NCBI RefSeq assembly: GCF_001194135.2
Contig: NC_068992.1
Coordinates: forward strand, 5,119,905-5,183,904
DNA: 64,000 nt
From: Octopus bimaculoides
Lineage: Eukaryota
Direction: 5' to 3'
The notes under the pieces are model-generated. The model was not told the origin of the DNA and searched no databases. It saw only the letters and a list, made by a program, of their open reading frames with translations. The position numbers and the translations under genes are program-made. Below, piece by piece: positions 40,086 to 54,780 of this stretch (the stretch's first letter is position 1; each line of letters opens with the position of its first letter).

Positions 40086-40619
40086 AGAAGAAAAGAAGAA
40101 AAGAAGAAAAGAAGAAAAGATTATAACCATCGATGCTCGAAAGTAACATACGATAAATGGGTTAATACATACGATAGAATTAGATACATTAATAACCATC
40201 TGTTGTTGGTTACATCAGTGTGTCGAGACTTCATTAAATGTTACATAGACGCATTTTGTATTTAGATTATTGTATATACTAATATGATTCTAGTCTGAGA
40301 AATGTAATTAAACGTAGAAGAGTTACAAATATCAATAATACCAATAATATCGCCATAAATATAACACACACACACTCACAGATACACACACACGCACAGA
40401 TACGCACACACGCACATCCACATACACATAAAAATACATACATTTACACACTCACACACACATACACACACATATTGGTGGGAATTGAATTTGCTGAATC
40501 AGAGTAAACGGAATGATATATAAGTAAATAGTAGAAGTTTCACTCTGCCACGACGATTACTGGGCGTTTCCTATATCCCGCTATTCTATTTTTTCTCTTA
40601 TGAAAGAAAATATTTATCT

Positions 40620-41287
40620 CAGCGTTCACTATTTTCCCGTCCTTCAGGTCTAACGACCCTCCATGTATGTTTTCGTTCGCTTTGAAGACGACTCTTCAAG
40701 ACAGCATTTTCTTTCTTATCATTTTTGGTTGTTGTTCAATTCGTGCGGCACCCATTTCTCAAGTATTTTTGGTTTTCCAATCTCTTTCAAGTTGTTGGAA
40801 ATTATGGTATACGTTACGTCTATTCAGAAGCAAGCTCTCGAACAGTTGTCTGTGGATTGGCCTCCCCTAAGGCTCTTAGTTGATCGTTGTCAACATCCGA
40901 TGGTCGACCATTACGCTTATCCTCTTCAAGATTCTCGTCACCGCTACGGAATTTCTTGAACCACCATTGTGCTGTAAGTTCATTAGTAGTTCGTGGGTCA
41001 ATCGCATCGTTGATATCGAGAGCTGTTTCAGCAGCTTTTCAGCCTAGCTTCAACTGGAATAAGAAAATTGTGCGAATTTGCTTTTTGTCCATGTTGTATT
41101 CAACCTTCCGGGAAAAAATGGCCTAATTACCCCAAAAGAAAAAAAAGAGTAACACGATTAGACAGAGCGAAAAGCGGGCTTTAAAATGATATATAAAGTC
41201 AAAGTAATTTAACGAAAATTAATTTGAACATACATAATTTAAAACCAAAGTTTAAAATTCCGCAAGAATTTTCTTCACAACCTAATA
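40620..41287 (-). mobile_element. Mariner relic, cecropia subfamily (Hsmar1-like)
   Basis: TIR TA-TTAGGTTGTGAAGAAAATTCTTGCGG resembles the Hsmar1 TIR as I recall it (TTAGGTTGGTGCAAAAGTAATTGCGG). ATG at 41092 gives MDKKQIRTIFLFQLKLG*KAAETALDINDAIDPRTTNELTAQWWFKKFRSGDENLEEDKRNGRPSDVDNDQLRA...KWVPHEL. Confidence 0.9.
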
Positions 41288-42236
41288 TTTCATGTTACTG
41301 TTGGTGACGTCCTGTACCCATGTGCCATGTATGCATATATATGATATATATAAATGATATGAACCGGAGTATGTGATCTAGGGAGTTCTAAATATAAACA
41401 TGAAAGAAGCGATATCTCGCTGCTTGACAATATCTTAAAGAAAACCCTACTGTCCCCAAAATCTTCACGGTGCACTTCATCTTAAAATATGAAATTCAAA
41501 AAAAAATATATATATTAACTACATCCTCGGTACGTGGAAAGCAAATATCCTACTGTAATTTCTGTAAATAATGTCACATGAGATTATCAGAAACTCATGA
41601 CATGCACAACGAAAATACACGCAAATTCATTTTTTTCCGTTTATTGAAACATGGACCTTCATATAATCTTAACTGATTTAGTGATATGTCATTTCTTCAA
41701 CTCTTTCGCCCAAATACATCATGAATACCAATGCAAAAATTATTGTCAACAGAGCGGTTCTCAAGTAATTATGTACAAAACCATATAGACGTTTCTGGAC
41801 ATATTCCATTGACATGTATGGAGTCAGTGTTGTGACAATGTACTATTTACTTCATGGAAACGATTTCACTGTCAGAGGTTAATCTATATAGTATTGGATA
41901 CAAATGTTTCTCTTTCAAACAATAATATCCTATATAATGAACTTTGTCAGCAGCACATAACACAGGTAACTCATTAACATTAGCACGACTTTTCTCAAGA
42001 GAAAAAAATATAACATTCGCAACAATAAGTATTCCATGAAATCAAAGTGTCATTAGATTAATACAAAACAACAACACTTACTAAGCTAATATTTTATCGT
42101 ACTCAGTAAAGATCAGTAATAACATATATATATATATCAGTAATAATATATATAAAGATCATGTAATAACATTGACACTCAACATTATTTATGGTCTCAA
42201 TGTATGCAATGCTCCCACTTCAGAAACATACAATTC

Positions 42237-42426
42237 GTTTCTACTCTTGGCATAAGGCGCACAATTTTGGGGAAGAGGCCAGTCGATTAGATGGACCCAA
42301 GTACGCAACTGGTACTTAATTTATCGACCCAGATGAGAAACGAAGACGCCCTCGGCGGAATTTGGACTCAGAACGTAAACACAGACGAAATACCGCTAAG
42401 CATTTTGCCCTGTGTGCTAAAGTTTC
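42237..42426 (-). mobile_element. SINE family A, tail type 1 (one unit of a dimer)
   Basis: TTCTACTCTTGGCATAAGGCGCACAATTTTGGGGAAGAGG...CTCGGCGGAATTTGGACTCAGAACG...GTGCTAAAGTTTCT. Confidence 0.85.
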
Positions 42427-42648
42427 TTATTTCTTTACTGCTCACAAGGGGCAACACACAGAGGAGACAAACAAGGACAGACACAAGAATTAAGTTGACT
42501 ATATCGACCCCAGTGCGTAACTGGTACTTATTTAATCGACCCCGAAAGGATGAAAGGCAAAGTCAACCTCGCCGTAATTTGAACTCAGAACGTAACGGCA
42601 GACAAAATACCGCTAAGTATTTCGCCGGCGTGCTAATGTTTCTGCCAG
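42427..42648 (-). mobile_element. SINE family A, tail type 2 (other unit of the dimer)
   Basis: TATTTCTTTACTGCTCACAAGGGGCAAC...GGATGAAAGGCAAAGTCAACCTC...TTTCTGCCAG. Confidence 0.9.
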
Positions 42649-42803
42649 CATACAATTCTGAGAAAAACGTGATCCAACGGTTAGTCTTTCTATACGAAAC
42701 ACCAATATTTGAACCGCGTTCAACTAGTTCGCTTGTAGAAAAACAGAAATTGATTTTTTTTTTTAATAACGCGTTAATAAACATGCTTCTGTTTCGTTTC
42801 TAG

Positions 42804-42828
42804 TTGTGTAGACTAGAGCAAAATGAAG
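42804..42828 (+). other. Candidate 25-nt micro-exon
   Basis: Acceptor TTCTGTTTCGTTTCTAG| and consensus donor AAG|GTAAGT. Open as LCRLEQNE(G), phase 0 to 1. Confidence 0.4.
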
Positions 42829-44082
42829 GTAAGTGCCATAATCTAAGCAATAGATAACTTCACATATATTGTCTGAGTAACAGACCATCATCACTTTAAA
42901 AGATGTACAACAGATGCTTTGTGATTTAAAATGACTTTTACTCTGTGTTAAATCTTCTGACATTAATGCAACATGTGGCAAAATGATTATAGATTGAATA
43001 ATTCAGGAAACCTAAAATGGAAAAGCCAGTTTAGGCACCGCTATGTGGTAGGGTTCAATCACCATTTCCAAATATTAGCTAAATTCTACTCGAAATCCAA
43101 AGCCTCACAATTACAGTGGCACAAATTAAATAATGATGTGATCAGAGAAATAAAATTAGGATAGACATCTTTTAACACCTTTGAAGATTGGAGTTCTATA
43201 GCATAGCTACTCGGGGATGAGATTAATATAACAACAACATAAGGATATTTATTACCATATTCATTCGAGTATATATATATATATGTGGGTTTGGAACAAA
43301 TACCTTCAATTTTCTCCCTATTATGTTCAGCATGTGACTATTGGCTATTATCTATCAATTTAACAACAGAAGTAATTCAAATGCAACTCACGATGCAATT
43401 CTTTATAGAGCAAAGAAATTGCGAGCAATATAAAGAAATTTATGCAATTATTATAGCCTGCATGCTGGAGATCAAAGTAAGCGAAATTCTGACGGCTACA
43501 CAAAGCTTATTAAATTGCGTCACCATTATTGTTAATATGACAAATGTTATTCAAAGTTTTACATTATGTATTTCATGTGCGTGAATAAGTATTGAATATA
43601 ATTGAATTTGAGATTGATACACATTACTCACTGCTGTTTAAACAGTTCCTGAAATCTGTCAGTAGAAATGTTCCATGAAAGCATCAGTTTGTCATGAATA
43701 ATCCATCAAAGAATTTGTTTATAACTTTACGTTGGAAGGGAAATGTAGTCACACTATGCTTTTAATTAGCAGCTGCATATTTGTTTCAATGAGTATTCTA
43801 TTTGCAATAAAAACGCAGTATGGGTTGTACAAATATAAACACTAAATTATCCGCAACTGTGAAAGCATGCCGTTCGCCATATTTTAAAACGGGGCCGAAG
43901 TGATGTAGCAGTAGGATTTTAACTAATTGCTGTAGTTATGGTCCTAACAAAATACCAAATATTGAAATTTTCGACAGGTTTTTCTAAAGCCAACCCCGTT
44001 TAACTACTAACAATCTATCACTTTTGTTTTTTTAATGCTGTATGAAAAAGAAAATATGACACGTTGCATCATTACTAATCGA

Positions 44083-44280
44083 GAAGATAGCGAGCTGTTA
44101 CAATCATTAGCACACTGGGCAAAATGCTAAGCGGTGTTACGTCCGTCCTTACGTTCTGAGTTCTGTTATTAATTTGATGTCGATGAAATAAGTACCAGTT
44201 ATACAGTGGAGTCGATATAGCCGACTTGCCACGTCGCAACAAAATTTCCAACCCTGTGTCTATAGCAGAAAAGATTATTA
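44083..44280 (+). mobile_element. SINE family A, tail type 1, internally deleted
   Basis: AGCGAGCTG...TTAGCACACTGGGCAAAATGCTAAGCGG...GTTCTGAGTTC...AAATAAGTACCAGTT...GTCTATAGCAGAAAAG. Confidence 0.75.
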
Positions 44281-44769
44281 CTAATCAGTGACTTCAAATT
44301 ATTTGCAAGCATTCAAACGCAAAATCTTTAAAACATAAAATGTTATAGCAATTAATATTTCCATTAAATGTTTAAAGAGGAGAAAAGGTATTTTACATTT
44401 TTCACAAAGTTAGACTAAAAATATTAAATATAACGACAGAGAACTTAAAGTTGTCGAATTATGATTATAAAACAGGCGCCCCTTAGTTACGGCTACCTCA
44501 GGTAAGGGATTTTGCGCTTATGGAAATTGTAAATTACAAGTATACATTTCGGGATGTGGTTTGTAATTTCGCCATTACAGAATCTCGTATTACGTAGTTT
44601 AAAATAATTAATTCAACACTTTCCTCATCACTCAACACTTTCTTCGTCACTCAATATGTATAAAAGATCAACCTATGTTGTTAACGATTTGAAAAAAAAA
44701 AATCCGTCACCCTGTTAAATACATACAAGCACACACAGACTAATAAGTATATAATATACGTGATGCGAT

Positions 44770-44855
<86 letters not shown>

Positions 44856-45947
44856 ACGGTGATGCCCTAGCATGACTGTAGCTTTAAACCTGATGCAAGT
44901 TAAAATAGTTAGAGATATATATGTGTTTATATATCTGTATGTGTGTGCGTGTGAATGTGCGTCTTTGATTGAGTGCCTGCGCCTTTATATCATCAGTGCC
45001 GTCACAAACACCGACAAAAATAATATCATATAGTATGAAGAAAGTAAATCCATTTCAATCACAACATATAGTGTGATTATCCAAGTATATTTTAAAAGTT
45101 CAATGGTCTATGGTCTACGAGAAATGAGTTTAGACTAAAGAGAAATAACAAATGAGTTGAGACTAAAGAGCAATAACAAAACAATTACAAGATAAATATG
45201 ACCACCAAGTCACTAAAAAAACCCGCCAAATATCACTGATATCTAATCCAATGCGCAGGGTGTTGATTCATGGCCAATAATGTTCTAGTAGAGGATAATG
45301 ATAAACCACAAAAATTGTGAAACGCCGATGTCTATCACATCAAAGTGGGATTGAAGTGAGATATCCCTCCTCTTCGTGACGTTCACGTGTTCTAACACCC
45401 GGTGCTTTGAGACCACACCAAACCATAGCCTACACGGGTCTTACGGATTGAGTTTATATGATTGACCTGTATGTATTCATCTATTTATATATATAGGCGT
45501 ACATCTATGTCTATGTCTTGATGTGTGCATATATGTGAACGAAACCGGCGCGGAAACAACGATTTCAATAAATAAACGTGTTTACATTACAAGACATATT
45601 CAGTTCGCTCTTGCACTCCAGCTTAATATGTGAAAATCTTATACTCCGCTATTGTGTGTATTACTCAAGTTAAATTTAAAGAAAACTAGCTTGTGCTGCA
45701 GTTCGATATAAATTTTCTCCATTTGTTAGATTACAGCTACGGTTGTTTCACACCACCAGTAGAATATGTGTGCATGTGTGTGTACATATATATGTATGCG
45801 TGGCTGTGTGCATATACATGTATATATAAATGCATACTGACATATATGTTAGATTTATATAAAATTATGTGTGTATTGGAGTGAAAATATGGGCTTATAT
45901 GTGTTTGTGTGTCAGTATAAATGTTAATGTATATTTTCCTCCTGTAT

Positions 45948-45979
<32 letters not shown>

Positions 45980-46118
45980 NNNNNNNNNNNNNNNNNNNNN
46001 NNNNNNNNNNNNNNNNNNNNNNNNNNNNNNNNNNNNNNNNNNNNNNNNNNNNNNNNNNNNNNNNNNNNNNNNNNNNNNNNNNNNNNNNNNNNNNNNNNNN
46101 NNNNNNNNNNNNNNNNNN
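45980..46118. other. Assembly gap (N)
   Basis: N run. Confidence 1.
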
Positions 46119-46178
<60 letters not shown>

Positions 46179-46249
46179 TAGATAGATACATAGATACATA
46201 GATAGATATATTTGTACATACGTATGCACACGCACACACACCTATATAC

Positions 46250-46289
<40 letters not shown>

Positions 46290-47559
46290 GTGTATATATA
46301 TATGTGTGTGTGTGTACACCTCTCAAATCACATTAGCCTGAATAAATGAAGCTTTACTCAATGATGTCTACTGGTCATAAAGTAAAAACCATAAACTAAT
46401 TTTCCGTCAGTACACCATCATTGCTACTGCAACGTTAACATAGAAATTACAGTTAATATAAATCCCATGTTGATACTTGAAAAATATGTTCTGTCTTGTT
46501 TGTTTTGGATATTACTTGAGTTTTATTTTTAATTTTTCCCTTTGTTGCAAATGTTTCTATTTCATATATCCCTGTTCTGTGCTTTCGGGTTTTATTAAGA
46601 ATTCATGCGCATATACGTCTAGTAAGTTACACAATACTTTGAATCATCGAATGTCAATTGTATTTGGAATTACTATAGAATATATTTTCATAACGTTTTC
46701 TTCTATATTTGTATAGATTTTTATAGCGAATAAATATTCATTCATGCGCACAGACACACATTTACTAACATGCACGGAAACACACAGACACTGACATGTA
46801 TACACAATCACATACACAGGTACACATACATATACTTATATAAGTATGTGTGTTTGTATGTTGCTATACATATATGCGTGTGTGTTTCCTTGTGTGTGCC
46901 TGTGTATATGTGTGTATTCTCACATTGAATTTATTTGAATAATTTTGTTCTCTCCCCAGTGAAGGTACACAATAATATTACAATGCACTCTAAGCAAAGT
47001 TTATTAACATTATTACGCTTCTAATACAATGACACAATTATTTAGATTATTTTTGCTCCTAGTTCTTTCCGGTACCTACACGTTATTCAATAGTTCCAGC
47101 TTTCAATGTTGTATGAATTGTTATATTGCTGTCCTGTGTGCAAATTAAAGTTGCTATTTAATTCGATTTAAACTTTTTCGATGATATTTTCCTTCTTTTA
47201 CACTTACGACTTTAGTGTGGTTTGCGTATGATATAGAGGCTATATAAATATAGGGGTTATGTTTATGTATCCTTCAAGATCTGGCTCTGAAAAATTGTCT
47301 TCAGAATATACGAATCACGCCCTGATGTGTTACCAATATGCAAGACAATACTTATCGGCAACAGCTCAAATCAAGCTCTTTACTCCTGCTTTTCAGAACT
47401 CCTCACTTGTGCAAAGCAAAATGGGTTGTGTGAATAATTTGTAACCATATGTTACCGTATGCAACAATGAAAGATATCTGCAAGAAAAAGATCAAATGTG
47501 TTTAGTTTATAAACATCAGTGAATCTTAAGACAATGCGAAATGCCGCCCTATCAAATCA

Positions 47560-48258
47560 TTAAAACAAACTAGAATCTAGAAAGTATTGCCGAAATCTTG
47601 AGACGTCTGTTTTACCTTTCACAAAAATATTGAATCATATATGTATAGGGATAATTCGGCGTTATGTTGAGATAAGTGCGGAAGTGATACTATATTGCTT
47701 CTTGGCGAGAAACTAACCAGTGCGGAGAGCTAGGTGACAGAGTTCATTGTCGTCGTGAAGATCCGGCTGCTTTCGCCAAATTACATCCTATACACCACAC
47801 TTGTAAACGTCACGGTAGAACTTCCATTTGACGGTCTGGCACTGGACGATGAATTCACGATGCACAATACCGTGAATGTCGGAATCAAATAGATGAGTAT
47901 ACTTTTGATTGACGTATAGCTCTGTCGCGCCGCTTTTGAAACGTCAGTGTCGCTCATGACATTGCCTATGACCCATCGCCTCTTTGCTATAAATTTCACT
48001 GGTCATAGCCAATGTGTCTCTCAAATTTTTACTTTGGCTTTTTATTCCAACTTCCTGCCTATGACAAAAACGCAGACTACAGCATACACGTGAACGCAAA
48101 AACAAAAGATTCGCAATTTGCGAAGTAGACGCAGCACTGTGACTCGCTACATTGCCTCTTGAAAGTCACTGATATCTCTCGCAGTGCGTGCAACCGTGTA
48201 GTGCCAACTACTGGTGCGCTTCGGAACACGTCTCAGAACTTTCCGTTAAAACCTCGTA
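47560..48258 (-). mobile_element. Mariner relic, same family as 35608-36335
   Basis: Left end TA-CGAGGTTTTAACGGAAAGTTCTGAGAC. It shares AAGTAGACGCAGCA with 36200. Translation remnants ARQSYTSIKSI...DIHGIVHREF...QTVKWKFY...LHDDN...IVSLPH. Confidence 0.8.
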
Positions 48259-51089
48259 TATATGTGTGTGTGTGTGTGTGTGTGAGTTTCTATATATGTA
48301 AATGTGCCTGTTCGTTATATTGAAAAATCTACGATGCTTTCGTATAATCATTGTTTAGTAAATTTCACTTTATCACCGTATCAGACACATTCTTTTTTTT
48401 TTTTTGAGACAAATATCCCCCAATTCATCATTATTCAGTCGACAATTCATAATGTTGCACGGATTTGGTTTCTGAGTTGCCTAGCTTATAGCATGTGGAT
48501 TTATATTTACAAACTTTAACCGATAGAACCTCAGAGATCTACGACACAAATTTGTATTTCAGACGTCTGTATATTGTCAGTTAGTGTAGAATTGGGTTGC
48601 CTTATCAGTATTAATTCCATAATCCATCGTCTACTCTAGGGAATTCTATCAAGTATGACGAATTCCTTCTTCGCATTTTAAATAATATTACTCCATTTCT
48701 AAGCATAAGCATTTACATTAAAATCGATACATTGCTTCAGTTTACCCAAAAGACATGCGCGAACGCATATACCTTCAGGGAGATTGAGAATTCCCCCATA
48801 ATCTCAAAATGTCAACGGCAAACTCTCTGCTTGTGAATGCACTTGGATTCACTTTGACAATAAAGACAATGGGTACACAAAAAATTCACTGATTAAAGCC
48901 AACGATATATAACGATGGCCATTCAAACAAACTATTACAACAATCTACCGATGAATGGGAAGAGAAACACAAAGTATGAAATACAATAGATAATAGTTCT
49001 GCTACGAATGTATGGAACACACAGAACGTGCATTATATGAAAGAAATGCATTCCATGTTGAGAGAAGATGAACCCATAATCAAATAAGTCAGAAAATATA
49101 ATAAACAACTCTTAGTAATCTATGTGCTGACGTAGTTAATATTAGAGAAAAGCAAATAAACAAAAATGGAAGCCGAGTTAAGAATACACCACACGCGTAT
49201 AAGCAAGAGAACAGAGTTAGAATATCCAACGTAAATTATTAATTTAATTGTATAAATGAAAGCTGAATATTTTATAATTTCAACTGTTACATCGGACAAC
49301 CAAGTTCAACACATTTGCTACTCTGAATATGTATATATCTGTATGTGTACGTATGTGTATGCATCTATGTGTATGTGTGTGTGTGTGTGTGTGCGTGTGT
49401 GTATGTGTGTGTGTGTGCACATATGAATGAATATACATATGTGTTTGATGATTACTTCGAGTATGGGGTTGTAAAATACAATTTATATTGAATCCTCCTC
49501 TGCAGATTTGACTGTATTAAACATTTCATCTAACAGTCTCTTTCTTTAATTACTTAGACATTATCTCGCTTTAGCTTGATAATGTATTCTATAAAGTACT
49601 AAACATCTTACCATGTAGCTTAATTTTATGTATTTTATTCATATTTAATAAAAGCAAAGTAAATATGTTCGGTACTAATTGTAAATAGGTTATGTTCTAT
49701 GTCTACTATTGATTATTTGAAGCTGCGTTTCATATAATGATTTTATGTTTTCTCATTGTAATTATTTACTTTGCTTTCCGTTAAATCAGTTATTCCTCGA
49801 TTAATATTATTCACATTAAATTTGTATTCAGTTAAATTCTTATTTACCCAATTTTAGCTATTATTGTTCGTTAAATTTCTATTGCATACAGAGTTTGTGT
49901 AAAAGCATTTAGTAAATGTTATTTTAATGCTCCGTTGATATTTTATGTAGCGTTTATTTTCACTTGCAACACATGGATATCAATTCCTGATGTTTACTAT
50001 CTCTTAGAAAAATGAGGAGTTACGAAATATGCCACTTCTTGTACCTGATATTTTTTTATGAATCTGGGCTTATCTGTCGCTTTTCTTATACATAATAACC
50101 GACTTATATTTCTGAGAGACAAACTACTGGTGTGAATAAAGGTTTCATCAATGAGCAGACTTACCAATTATATTAATATTGATATCAAAACTTGGTTCCA
50201 GTGATAAGTTAACGTAAACATAATTCAAAATCAAGAGTTTTCTTTGTTTTTTGTTTAGATAATATATTTTTTAGTTATGCGTAATCACTTTTCAGGACTG
50301 ACAACTCCAAATGGCCGCTAAATATTGTTTAATGGAGTCTATGATTACTACTCAAGCCTACAGTTTTAGAATAACTTTCCTGTTTCATGCACTGAAACAT
50401 GTCATCCTTAAACATGTTATGTTATCTTCTCTAATATGTGGACAGCTTCATTAAAATTTTCTAATATAGGGGACTGTGAACAAGTTAATGAGATCCCGTT
50501 TCTAACAAAAACCTTTACCAATGCAGAGTTGCTCTTGAATCGTCTAGCCTCATTACATTCCCCCTTCGATGACATGTAAATTTACTTCCATAAACCATGG
50601 GAACACGCAATTTCGAATGACGTTCATTAAATACGGCCAGATCAGAAGCTATTAGCTTCATCTCTGCTCATTACAATTCCACTTTACCGTCTTCGAAACA
50701 TGACTTTTATGTAAGCTGTCCACGTTAGGTACTACTTCCCGATTAGCTCATTAGCTTTTTCCTGCCTCTTCTAACCAAGGGCACAATGGCTATATAACAC
50801 CATCTACTTATCTTAAGAAATTTATGTTGCCATTGATTTAGAGGATTAACTAACTACACAACATTAACACCATATTAGCAGCATATAATTTACTTTATCA
50901 CGCTACACACTGTCTCTTTAGCCCACACGATTTCACTAAACACACTCTCAGATAAAATACCTCTGTATTTCAATTACCGTTTCAGAACCGACAGTTATTA
51001 GGCATGTGATTTGCGATTCAGAAACTTCTGATAGATTTAATTACTGCCAGTTTAATAATCATTTACAGCACAATCGAAGTAGTTATACA

Positions 51090-51105
51090 CCGTCGCTATC
51101 ATCAC

Positions 51106-51140
<35 letters not shown>

Positions 51141-51178
51141 CCATCATCGTCGTCATCGCCGTCGCCGTTGTAGTCACC

Positions 51179-51229
<51 letters not shown>

Positions 51230-51270
51230 GTCATCATCGCCGGCGACAATAGCAGCTGCACTAACAGCAT
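51090..51270. repeat. (CAT)n microsatellite
   Basis: Visible directly. Confidence 0.95.
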
Positions 51271-51554
51271 CACAATCGAAGAATATGACTATTAGAGTTC
51301 CTTAATTGGAGTGATAGGAATTACTATTTAGGAGAGAAATCAATATTAATCAATTTAAAGTACCAACTAACGAGTACGAAGTCTATCAGAATGAAATATT
51401 TAGTTGTAGTTTCGATATTCTCCAGAAGTCTTTTAGAACATTATTCCGAAAGAGAACATTTTTTTCTTTCTTTCGTTTTCCTTTCTTTGTGACTCAAAGT
51501 TTAGGTCCACGTAAATTCACCTCAAAATATTTCAAGAATTTACTGAATAATAGT

Positions 51555-51648
51555 ATGATGATAATGATTATAATGATAATGATGATGAAGATAGTAATGA
51601 TATTCTTCTTCTTCTTCTTCTTCTTCTTCTTCTTCTTCTTCTTCTTCT

Positions 51649-51695
<47 letters not shown>

Positions 51696-51760
51696 TTCTT
51701 CTTCTTCTTCTTCTTCTTCTTCTTCTTCTTCTTCTTCTTCTTCTTCTTCTTCTTCTTCTT
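51555..51760. repeat. (GAT/AAT)n then long (TTC)n microsatellite
   Basis: Visible directly. It explains the poly-F and poly-K ORFs. Confidence 0.95.
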
Positions 51761-53169
51761 GGTCTCTAAATATGGGATACTCACGCTGAATTCATTTTAT
51801 TTACGTGCTACTCATAAAGTATTCACCAGCATAAAAACAATGTCATGGAAAAACTGAGAAATGTTATCTAAATACATGTACCATAAAATATTGAACGGAG
51901 ACATCGTACTAAATTCTGTACTTTCACATACCTGATTGCTAAAAGTAGATTATGATGCAAATAAACACACTTTAAAATTCTAAATAATTGTAAACTAAAT
52001 ATTTTAAAGCGTTTTGCAAATCACGCTGATATGATATTCATATATGCGTTCCAAATTAGCGTCGTGGTTTTTATTCTCATCAGACGTTTTATATATATTG
52101 AGATGGATACTGTCAATTTTTAAGGCTCGGTGACTAATGAATTAGAGTTATATATTAGAGACACTATGGCATATCTGCCCCACAGTTGTACCTTGAATGA
52201 ATACCCTTTAACACATGAATTAATATCATAAATTGCGCATTTTTAGTTACACTTATAATATCTTGTACACGCGGTTCCTGTTTTTGTCAAAGGAGATATC
52301 GAGGGGGTGAGAGATAAATATAGAAAGAACGAATTGCATAGAGTATTCCATGGAAAATAATTAAAATGTACTCTATAAATATCAATCAATCAACACGCCG
52401 AATTGTATATAAAACAAAATAAACAGAGATAATATGTGAGAACAGATGTGTACATCATAACTATGTCTCTTACTTCTACTTATATCCAAATTTCCCTATT
52501 TCTTTACTCTCTCGCGTTTCATAAAGTTCCGTACGATAATCCATTTTGTCTACAATGAACTGTGGAATGGATGACATATGCAGTTTATGACGAATAATCA
52601 CACATTACAGAAATACTTGCTAAGAATGTTATTACGTTTTTTTCCTTCCAGTAGTATTTTTTTTTCTCATTGAGTTTACTACTAAGAGAACTTGATACTT
52701 CAAGCTAACTGCAGCTGTTTGATTGTGGAAACGTCTTTCTATTCAAATTGAAATATTTGATTTTTCCAATTCATATTTACATACAGCACTACCACAACCG
52801 TAAGAGGATTCACAGTAAAAATCAAAAACAATAAAAATGAAATAAAGACAGCTATAAATGATTCGTATATAACCCTGTCTCATTATGTCCGATCATGTGT
52901 GCGTATATATGCTGTATATATTACGTGATCAACATTTATGGTCCACGTCTCAAATTTTTATATAAGTAATTGAAAGCTTCACTTATTCAAAGTTTCCTTA
53001 GACATCAGCTGTTCTAAATTATGTAAGACATAATTCTTAGATATTTTTTACTTTATATATATTTTCTGCACAACTTGATTTCTTTATAAATTCTCATGGG
53101 TAAGCTTAACTCTATTGACATATTCCTTGAATTACTTGAATTAATATTTCAAAAAGACAGAAAAACGTA

Positions 53170-53282
<113 letters not shown>

Positions 53283-53547
53283 GACAGAGAGTCAGAGAGA
53301 GAAAGAGGCAGACAGACAGTGAACAAAGACTAACAGATCAATGCAACGAAATGGGAGATGAGATGGCCGCATCATATTTAGAATCTATTGAGAAATATGT
53401 GATAGTTAAAATGATGTTCTCTGAGTGAGTGTGACATTGTAAATCAAATGAGATATATGATAATAAGAAAAGAAAATCTTTGTCAGGAGGATTAAATTTG
53501 CATATGTCAAAATCTTATCAGATAGATATCGATGGCATTGTTCATGT

Positions 53548-53590
<43 letters not shown>

Positions 53591-53598
53591 CTGGATAA

Positions 53599-53645
<47 letters not shown>

Positions 53646-53934
53646 TGTGTGTGTGCGTTTGTGTGTATCACACTCATACACACACACATGTATTTATGTA
53701 TATATCTTATACATCTAATGATTTCCTTATATATAACTAGATAACACTGACTTTATTAAATGGACTCATCAAATATGTCAGGAAATACTGTAAAAAAGTT
53801 TATTGGTTATGTTTATTAAATAAATAAATGCATAAATAGATATTAGAATTAGAAGCGAAGATGACAGGCAATTCCTTAAGTAATGATACTAATAAATATC
53901 CATAATAAAAATAATATGAAGATGCAACAGCAGC

Positions 53935-54183
<249 letters not shown>

Positions 54184-54476
54184 AATTTTAAATGCCAATC
54201 TTGTATTAAATTTTTCTTCCGCAACAAAAATAGCATCAAGAAAATAAAGAATGAATATTTTACATAATGAAATTATAAATGCATGCGTATATGCATAAGG
54301 TTGTTGGCACATTCTCGTCATAGAAACGTCAATTGAAAATTGCAACGGAAGATTACATTTTCAGAAGCAATTTCTACTTTCATACAATAATCTCTGAGAT
54401 ATTCTACTTGGTAACATACATGTAAATGATCTATGCAGACTGGTAGTAATGGAAAAAAAGATAAATCATATATATA

Positions 54477-54780
54477 TACAGGGGTTGAACAAAATAATGG
54501 AAACACATAGCATCATAATATCATAATTATGAAATATCAATAAAACAGTCAAAAGCTACTTTATTTTTATGTTTTTTGAATTATTATTAGTCTTGCTTAA
54601 TATATTTTTGCTATTAGGTGTCGCTGTTAATGCTTTCTTCTTTATTATTCTAGAGAGGGTCGTTGTATGTCTCTTCTTGCGATGTCTTAAAGTCAAAAGA
54701 CGGTTGTTTATCTGGATTTAAATTTTCTTTCCACTGATCCATCGTTGCTATAGTTTGCTGAGGATATATATAATGCATAC
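54477..54780 (+). mobile_element. Tc1-like element end (TIR only recognisable)
   Basis: TA-CAGGGGTTGAACAAAATAATGGAAACAC resembles Tc1-family TIRs. I found no partner TIR, so the extent is uncertain. Confidence 0.45.

Noticed and set aside
45120-45180. Short tandem duplications (28 bp here; ~19 bp at 44615-44655; 15 bp at 18650-18685) as CRISPR-like arrays
   Set aside because: Two adjacent copies without spacers in a eukaryotic context indicate ordinary slippage duplications.
48830-49140. Near-open plus frame (…QSTDEWEEKHKV*…) as a pseudogene
   Set aside because: It has several stops and no recognisable motif.
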